Program-made: the position numbers and the translations under genes
Part shown: in pieces, positions 58,937 to 64,000 of the stretch
Position numbering within the stretch: position 1 is the stretch's first letter
Layout: each line of letters starts with the position of its first letter
Notes under the pieces: model-generated
The model's database searches: none
The model's input: only the letters and a program-made list of their open reading frames with translations
Told to the model about the DNA's origin: nothing
From: a virus
DNA length: 64,000 nucleotides
IMG/VR virus record: IMGVR_UViG_3300032316_000329
Location: 101,115-165,114 of that record
Direction: 5' to 3' (one strand)

Positions 58937-59172
58937 TGAATCGTCTCTATACATATTATCCAGAAATTGATGAAGATGATTGTTTGTTATGGCATGTCTA
59001 TGAAAATGGCACACAACAGATTATTGATTCATTCTTATTTGAGGATGATGCCGTTGAATTTATGGAGTGTTTAGAAAATGGCCGGGGGTTTAATGGATTC
59101 ACACCTACATTTATATTAACCAAAACACCTAAAATGGATATTAACGCAGCATTTTCCGCAGAATTTGCTTAA
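58933..59172 (+). CDS. Conserved hypothetical protein
   Basis: G.GF.GFTP.F motif. Confidence 0.55.
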   Translation: MMNRLYTYYPEIDEDDCLLWHVYENGTQQIIDSFLFEDDAVEFMECLENGRGFNGFTPTFILTKTPKMDINAAFSAEFA

Positions 59173-59314
59173 CAAAGGGAGAAAACGATGTTAGAATTAG
59201 CAGTATCATTTGCAGCAGGACTTGTTGTTGGTTGGAATCTTCTACCACAACCAACATGGGTAAAAGAAATCTATGACCGTGTTGCTTCATGGGTAAGAAG
59301 TAAGTAAGTGAATT

Positions 59315-59391
59315 GGTCCCATAGCTCAACAGGATAGAGCAACGATCTTCTAAATCGTAGGTTCCCCGTTCGAGCCGGGGTGGGACCACCA
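59315..59391 (+). tRNA. tRNA-Arg(TCT)
   Basis: GGTCCCA/TGGGACC, ACGAT-CTTCTAA-ATCGT, CCA end. Confidence 0.95.
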
Positions 59392-59708
59392 CTCTTTGGA
59401 GCATATTATGAACCATGACCAACTAAAACGCCAAATGATTTTCCGACTCGTGGTAGTTTTTCTAATTACTGTTGTGGTTGGATTTATAGTGCAAGATATA
59501 CAAACAAAATTTGAGTTAGCTAATACGGATCAAACCGTAACAGATATGAGGTAATAACATGTTTAAGATTACAGAAGAAACAAAGGTTGCTGCTATTGAG
59601 GCAATGAAGGCCATTCTTGGTGATGTTCCAGAAGATAAGTTATCGGATGCTTTTGATGCTGCCGTTGAGCGGGTCATGAAGCAGTTTGGTATGTAAGGAG
59701 AATCCAAA

Positions 59709-61367
59709 ATGAAATATACCGCCCCAGTTGAGTCAACTCTATTTCTACTTAAAGACGTTCTAGGTTTTGATAATGAACTAGCCGAGCCGATCTTAACTGA
59801 GGCGGCCAAACTATGTGAAGAAACTATTGCGCCCACTAACCAAATTGGCGATATACAAGGTTGTGAAAGAAGTATATTTGACGATGTTATTGTACCAGCA
59901 GTTTTCCATGAACCATATAAACAGTTTGCCGAAGGAGGATGGATCGGTTTATCGGTACCTGAACAGTATGGTGGACAAGGTCTACCATTTACACTTGCGG
60001 TTGCAGCCAACGAGTTTGTATCCTCGTCTAATATGGCTTGGTCTCTTTTTCCTGGCATTACTCGTGGTGCCATTCAAACACTCTTAGTATCCGCTTCTGA
60101 CGCACAGAAACAACATTTTATTCCTCGTTTGGTTCGTGGTGAATGGACAGGAACAATGTGTTTGACAGAACCGCATTGTGGCACCGACCTCGGCCTATTA
60201 AAGACAAAGGCGATAGATAAAGGTAATGGTTCTTATGAAATTACAGGCCAGAAGATTTATATTTCTGGTGGAGAACATGACCTAACTGATAACATTCTAC
60301 ACCTTGTCCTGGCCCGTATTGAAGGTGACCCAGAAGGTGTAAAGGGTATTAGTCTGTTTGCTGTTCCAAAGGTTCTTGTTGATTTTTCACGCAACAAGGT
60401 ATTCTGCGGTTCCATTGAAAGTAAGATGGGTATTCACGGTTCACCAACTTGTGTTATGAACTTTGATGGTGCTACAGGATTTTTAATTGGCGAACGTTGC
60501 CGTGGCCTCCAGGGCATGTTTATTATGATGAATGAACTAAGACTAGGATGTGCTATCCATGGTCTATCACAATCGGAGTTGAGTTATCAAAATGCTTTAC
60601 AATATGCCAAAGACAGAATCCAGAGTAAGAGTGCCGTCAATCTTAGCGGTCCTAGTGTCCCTATTATTACACATCCTGATATTAGGCGGATGCTTATGGA
60701 TGTTAAGTGTATTAATGAAGCTGCCCGTCTATTAGTATTAGAAGCGGCCATGTTGGTTGATAAGGGAGGTGAAGAAGCGGAAGACCGTCTTGGTCTTATG
60801 ACTCCTGTTCTCAAAGGTGTTGTTACTGATTATGGTGTTGAGAACGCCATTAAGATGCAGCAAGTTTGGGGTGGTCATGGTTATGTTCGTGACAACGGCA
60901 TGGAACAGATTGTCCGTGATGCCCGTATTGCCATGATTTATGAAGGCGCTAATGGTATTCAGGCACTTGATTTGGTTGGTCGTAAGTTGCCAAAGAACAT
61001 GGGCCGTGCTGTTATGCGTTTCTTCAAGGACAGTCAATCATTCTTAACTAGTGCTTATGAGAATGGTATTAATCCTATTGTTCAACCAATGACTGCTTCT
61101 CTTGATGATTTGAAACAAGCAACAGAATGGTTAGCAGCAAATGGTATAAAAAATCCTAATAATGCTGGTGGTGCTTCATACGATTATATGAAGATGTTTG
61201 GTCTTGTGTTGCTTGGACTTGCTCATGTTAAGATTTGTCTTAATACAGATGACAAAGATAGACACAATACGGCCAAGTATTTCATGGATCGTTATGTTCG
61301 TGAAACACATTTTCTATTACAGCGTATTCGTTGTGGTAGTGATACAATGATGAACGCCGATCTATGA
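59709..61367 (+). CDS. Acyl-CoA dehydrogenase (DmdC/FadE5-like subfamily)
   Basis: TMCLTEPHCGTDLG, GQKIYISGGEHD, KMGIHGSPTC, QVWGGHGY, IYEGANGIQALDL. Confidence 0.93.
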   Translation: MKYTAPVESTLFLLKDVLGFDNELAEPILTEAAKLCEETIAPTNQIGDIQGCERSIFDDVIVPAVFHEPYKQFAEGGWIGLSVPEQYGGQGLPFTLAVAANEFVSSSNMAWSLFPGITRGAIQTLLVSASDAQKQHFIPRLVRGEWTGTMCLTEPHCGTDLGLLKTKAIDKGNGSYEITGQKIYISGGEHDLTDNILHLVLARIEGDPEGVKGISLFAVPKVLVDFSRNKVFCGSIESKMGIHGSPTCVMNFDGATGFLIGERCRGLQGMFIMMNELRLGCAIHGLSQSELSYQNALQYAKDRIQSKSAVNLSGPSVPIITHPDIRRMLMDVKCINEAARLLVLEAAMLVDKGGEEAEDRLGLMTPVLKGVVTDYGVENAIKMQQVWGGHGYVRDNGMEQIVRDARIAMIYEGANGIQALDLVGRKLPKNMGRAVMRFFKDSQSFLTSAYENGINPIVQPMTASLDDLKQATEWLAANGIKNPNNAGGASYDYMKMFGLVLLGLAHVKICLNTDDKDRHNTAKYFMDRYVRETHFLLQRIRCGSDTMMNADL

Positions 61368-61790
61368 CCTCTATTACTCAGGCAGAATTTAATAAACAAT
61401 TCGCTGAGTATGTAAAAGATAAAGAAGTGAATAGAGATAATCTATTGGAACTTCTAATAGAGTATGAAAAGATATTAAAGGAGCAAGGATTAACCGTTCG
61501 TGCTGGATTCAGTATAGACCAATTGGGAAAAGTAACATATGAAGAGTGAATATCCGGAGATTATAGATTCTTTACATAAACTGGCAGATTGGATTGAAAA
61601 AGAAAATCACCTTCAATGTCATTCTGTTCCTCGTAAAGCGGCATATTTGATTGGTGCCCTTGAGGAAGATAATAGACTGATGCGTTTACAATTAAACAAA
61701 CGGAAAACACACCTAATTGATTATGTAAACATGGCCATTGGTTTATTCCGTTTGTTTATTTACAAACTAAAAAAGAGGTTGACAAAATAG
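61364..61790 (+). other. Two short hypothetical ORFs
   Basis: 61364..61549 and 61539..61790, coupled. Confidence 0.5.
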
Positions 61791-61838
61791 TTTCCTTTTG
61801 ATATAATAAGACATAATAGAGAAAGGAAAAAAGAAAAT

Positions 61839-62309
61839 ATGAGCAATGTAAACAAGTTATGGATATTCGACATTGACGGAACTTTATCCGACAATGAACA
61901 CCGTATGCATTATATCATGGAAGAAAATCGTGATTGGGACACTTTCTTTTCATTACAGGATAAAGATGAACCATTTGGTGCTGTAATGGAAATCTTCGAT
62001 ACACTATCGGCCGCAGGCCATAAATGTGTTATCATTACTGCCCGTTGCGAACGTTTCCGTGATGTTACTCTTGAATGGTTGAATAAACACCATGAAGGAA
62101 CGATAAAGTCCAAAGATGTTTACATGCGTCCTTTAAATGACCGTACCGATGATGATAAGATCAAGATTGACATTCTCAACAAAATCTTGTATGATAATCC
62201 ACAGTACCGAGTAATGGGTATCTTTGAGGATCGGCATCGTATCATTGATGCCTACCGTGATGCTGGTTTCTATGTGTTTGAATGTAATCAAACACGGTTG
62301 CCATTTTAA
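61839..62309 (+). CDS. HAD phosphatase (PseT 3'-phosphatase-like)
   Basis: FDIDGTL, ITAR, YMRP..D...DD..K, FEDR. Promoter TTGACA 61779 / TATAAT 61802. Confidence 0.88.
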   Translation: MSNVNKLWIFDIDGTLSDNEHRMHYIMEENRDWDTFFSLQDKDEPFGAVMEIFDTLSAAGHKCVIITARCERFRDVTLEWLNKHHEGTIKSKDVYMRPLNDRTDDDKIKIDILNKILYDNPQYRVMGIFEDRHRIIDAYRDAGFYVFECNQTRLPF

Positions 62310-62314
62310 CATAT

Positions 62315-62390
62315 GCACCCATCGTCTAGCGGTCTAGGACGTTGCCCTTTCACGGCAAAAACACGGGTTCGAGTCCCGTTGGGTGTGCCA
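62315..62390 (+). tRNA. tRNA-Glu(TTC)
   Basis: TTGCC-CTTTCAC-GGCAA, GGTTCGAGTCC, CCA end. Confidence 0.95.
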
Positions 62391-62405
62391 CATTTTTGAT
62401 TTAAT

Positions 62406-62481
62406 CTAGGTGTAGCTCAATAGGTAGAGCATCCGCTTTGGGAGCGGAAGGTTGTTGGTTCAAGTCCATCTACCTAGACCA
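62406..62481 (+). tRNA. tRNA-Pro(TGG)
   Basis: TCCGC-TTTGGGA-GCGGA, GGTTCAAGTCC, CCA end. Confidence 0.93.
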
Positions 62482-62496
62482 ACATAAGGATAGATT

Positions 62497-62979
62497 ATGA
62501 ATAAGTTTGTATCGGCCGCGGCCATCTTTATCACACTAACAACTTCGGCCGCTGCCGATCCGTTATCTGATTTTTTCGATGGTGCCTTTGGCGGGCAACA
62601 ACCACAGCAACAGCAGAAAGTGACAAGAGGTAAGCATGGTAAGGGAACTATTTCAAACGACACTACTGATACTGGGAGCGATTGGTTTGGTCGTGCTTCT
62701 GGTGGGAGTCATATGGTTGCTTCCTTTTATGGCCACGGCGAAAAGTTATCCAGACACACGGCGTCGGGAGCAGTTTTCAATCCAAATGCCCATACATGCG
62801 CCCACAGGTCCTATCCATTTGGCACAGTGCTCCGTGTATGCCATCGAGGTTGTGTAAATGTTACGGTTAATGATAGAGGACCCTTTGTCCGCGGTCGTCA
62901 TCTTGACCTGTCTTACGGTGCTGCTAGGGCTATCGGTATGGGATCGACATCATCGGTAACGGTGGAACGATTAAACTAA
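62497..62979 (+). CDS. Secreted RlpA-like (double-psi beta-barrel) lytic transglycosylase
   Basis: Signal peptide; ASFYG, TASG..F, AHRSYPFGT, VNDRGPF..GR.LDLS..AA..IG. Confidence 0.9.
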   Translation: MNKFVSAAAIFITLTTSAAADPLSDFFDGAFGGQQPQQQQKVTRGKHGKGTISNDTTDTGSDWFGRASGGSHMVASFYGHGEKLSRHTASGAVFNPNAHTCAHRSYPFGTVLRVCHRGCVNVTVNDRGPFVRGRHLDLSYGAARAIGMGSTSSVTVERLN

Positions 62980-63064
62980 TTTTACTATATAAGGTTAATG
63001 TTGCGTTGCAGCATTTACGAATGTTTCGCTAATTCTAGGAAACATAAAACGAAAGGAAAAGGAA

Positions 63065-63304
63065 ATGAATAAAGTTATTTCCCTAGTATCATTTTTTGCA
63101 TTAGTTTCTCCTTCTTTTGCTGCTGGAGCGGCAGAATATAAGGCAGATGATTATACCTCTTATGGTTATGCAGCCGGTGCTTCTGCTATCTTTGGCACCA
63201 ATTTGAAGGGTGGTCTCCGTGGTTCGCACGTTGCTGCCAATCATCATAAGGAAAACTCCTACTACCCTGGTTATACTGCTATCCCGTCCCAGAAGGACAA
63301 GTAA
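63065..63304 (+). CDS. Small predicted secreted protein
   Basis: MNKVISLVSFFALVSPSFA signal peptide. Confidence 0.6.
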   Translation: MNKVISLVSFFALVSPSFAAGAAEYKADDYTSYGYAAGASAIFGTNLKGGLRGSHVAANHHKENSYYPGYTAIPSQKDK

Positions 63305-63357
63305 CTAAATACTCGCAGTCGTGTCCTAGCGATCTAGGATTCTCAAGGAGAAATGAA

Positions 63358-63702
63358 ATGAAAAAGATTATCATTACTTTATCAACGGTTCTAGGTCTTT
63401 CCGCAGCTACTATATTACCAGCAAACGCACAGTTTTGGGGTGGTTATGGTGGTTGGGGTTACGGAGGATATGGATACGGATATGGCGGTTATGGTGCCGC
63501 ACTAGGTATTACCGCCGGCGCTGCCCTACTGGGTGGTGTTATAGGCGGCGCCATGGCCTCGCAGTCATATGGTTACGGTGGTTATTATGCTCCTGGTTAT
63601 TATTATCCACAGCAACCTGTTCGTCGGACTATTCGCAAGAATGTAATTATTAAAAATAGTCCCGGTGCTACAGTTATTGAAGAGGATGATTTTGGTTGGT
63701 AA
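63358..63702 (+). CDS. Secreted Gly/Tyr-rich protein with a glycine zipper
   Basis: Signal peptide PANA|Q, (GGYG)n repeats, GAALLGGVIGGAMA. Late motif ACTAAATA at 63304. Confidence 0.65.
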   Translation: MKKIIITLSTVLGLSAATILPANAQFWGGYGGWGYGGYGYGYGGYGAALGITAGAALLGGVIGGAMASQSYGYGGYYAPGYYYPQQPVRRTIRKNVIIKNSPGATVIEEDDFGW

Positions 63703-63724
63703 TTCATTAAACGAGGTTCAATGA

Positions 63725-64000
63725 ATGTGTTACTACACAATTACACTAGATCACACTAATTTACAAGAGGGTCATAAACGTGCGATTATGATCCTTGACG
63801 CCAAAAACAATAATGAGGCCACGGCAAAGTTCCTTAATACTTTCGGGCCTCAATATTACAATCAACTTTCGGTAACGGAAGGAATACATATTCCTGAAGG
63901 GTTTGACCGGCTCTTGACAGAACAAGTAAAAAAGTATATAATGAAGGTCAAAAGTAAGGCAGAGGATGCGCCCTCTCCTATGATGTATCAAAATATGATA
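63725..64000 (+). CDS. Hypothetical protein, 3'-truncated
   Basis: Open frame MCYYTITLDHTNLQEGHKRAIMIL... to the window end; GAGG RBS. Confidence 0.5.
   Translation, partial: MCYYTITLDHTNLQEGHKRAIMILDAKNNNEATAKFLNTFGPQYYNQLSVTEGIHIPEGFDRLLTEQVKKYIMKVKSKAEDAPSPMMYQNMI

Noticed and set aside
59516-60073. 185-aa minus-strand ORF and other antisense or alternate-frame ORFs in the track
   Set aside because: They overlap well-supported + strand genes and show no recognisable motifs.
1-64000. CRISPR array, reverse transcriptase/DGR, introns or inteins, integrase
   Set aside because: No repeat-spacer array, RT or integrase motifs were seen. gp17, gp41, gp43 and uvsW have normal lengths without insertions.

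Overview
64 kb of an AT-rich, T4-like (myovirus) lytic phage genome, almost all on the + strand. In order it holds: the end of a tail fibre gene; the packaging, tail and head module (gp16-17-18-19-20, several large internal/core proteins, gp21-22-23, gp3); uvsY/uvsW/gp55/gp47/gp46 with a full-length FtsH inserted between gp47 and gp46; a vWA + MoxR-type AAA pair; gp1/gp45/gp44/gp62/regA/dUTPase; a PAAR-like gene, hsp20 and an 8-gene glycosylation cluster; a phage-borne pmoC closely resembling Methylocystis/Methylosinus PmoC; a GIY-YIG homing endonuclease; many small genes, spanins and a Bfd ferredoxin; gp43/uvsX/gp41; an acyl-CoA dehydrogenase; five tRNA genes; and several small signal-peptide genes. 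This is a pmoC-phage, probably infecting an alphaproteobacterial methanotroph. The best candidate for an undescribed system is the pmoC locus. pmoC sits behind a late-promoter motif and appears co-transcribed with an unannotated 44-aa secreted peptide predicted to mature to N-terminal His-His. The gene just upstream encodes a secreted protein predicted to mature to an Xaa-Xaa-His (ATCUN-like) N-terminus. With the phage FtsH, this suggests a copper-supply and subunit-replacement module for pMMO (hypothesis). Other oddities are an in-frame TAA in the portal gene, an atypical tRNA-Gly, a ROSE-like thermometer before hsp20 and a candidate replication origin. All assignments come from motif recognition and synteny; no database searches were run.
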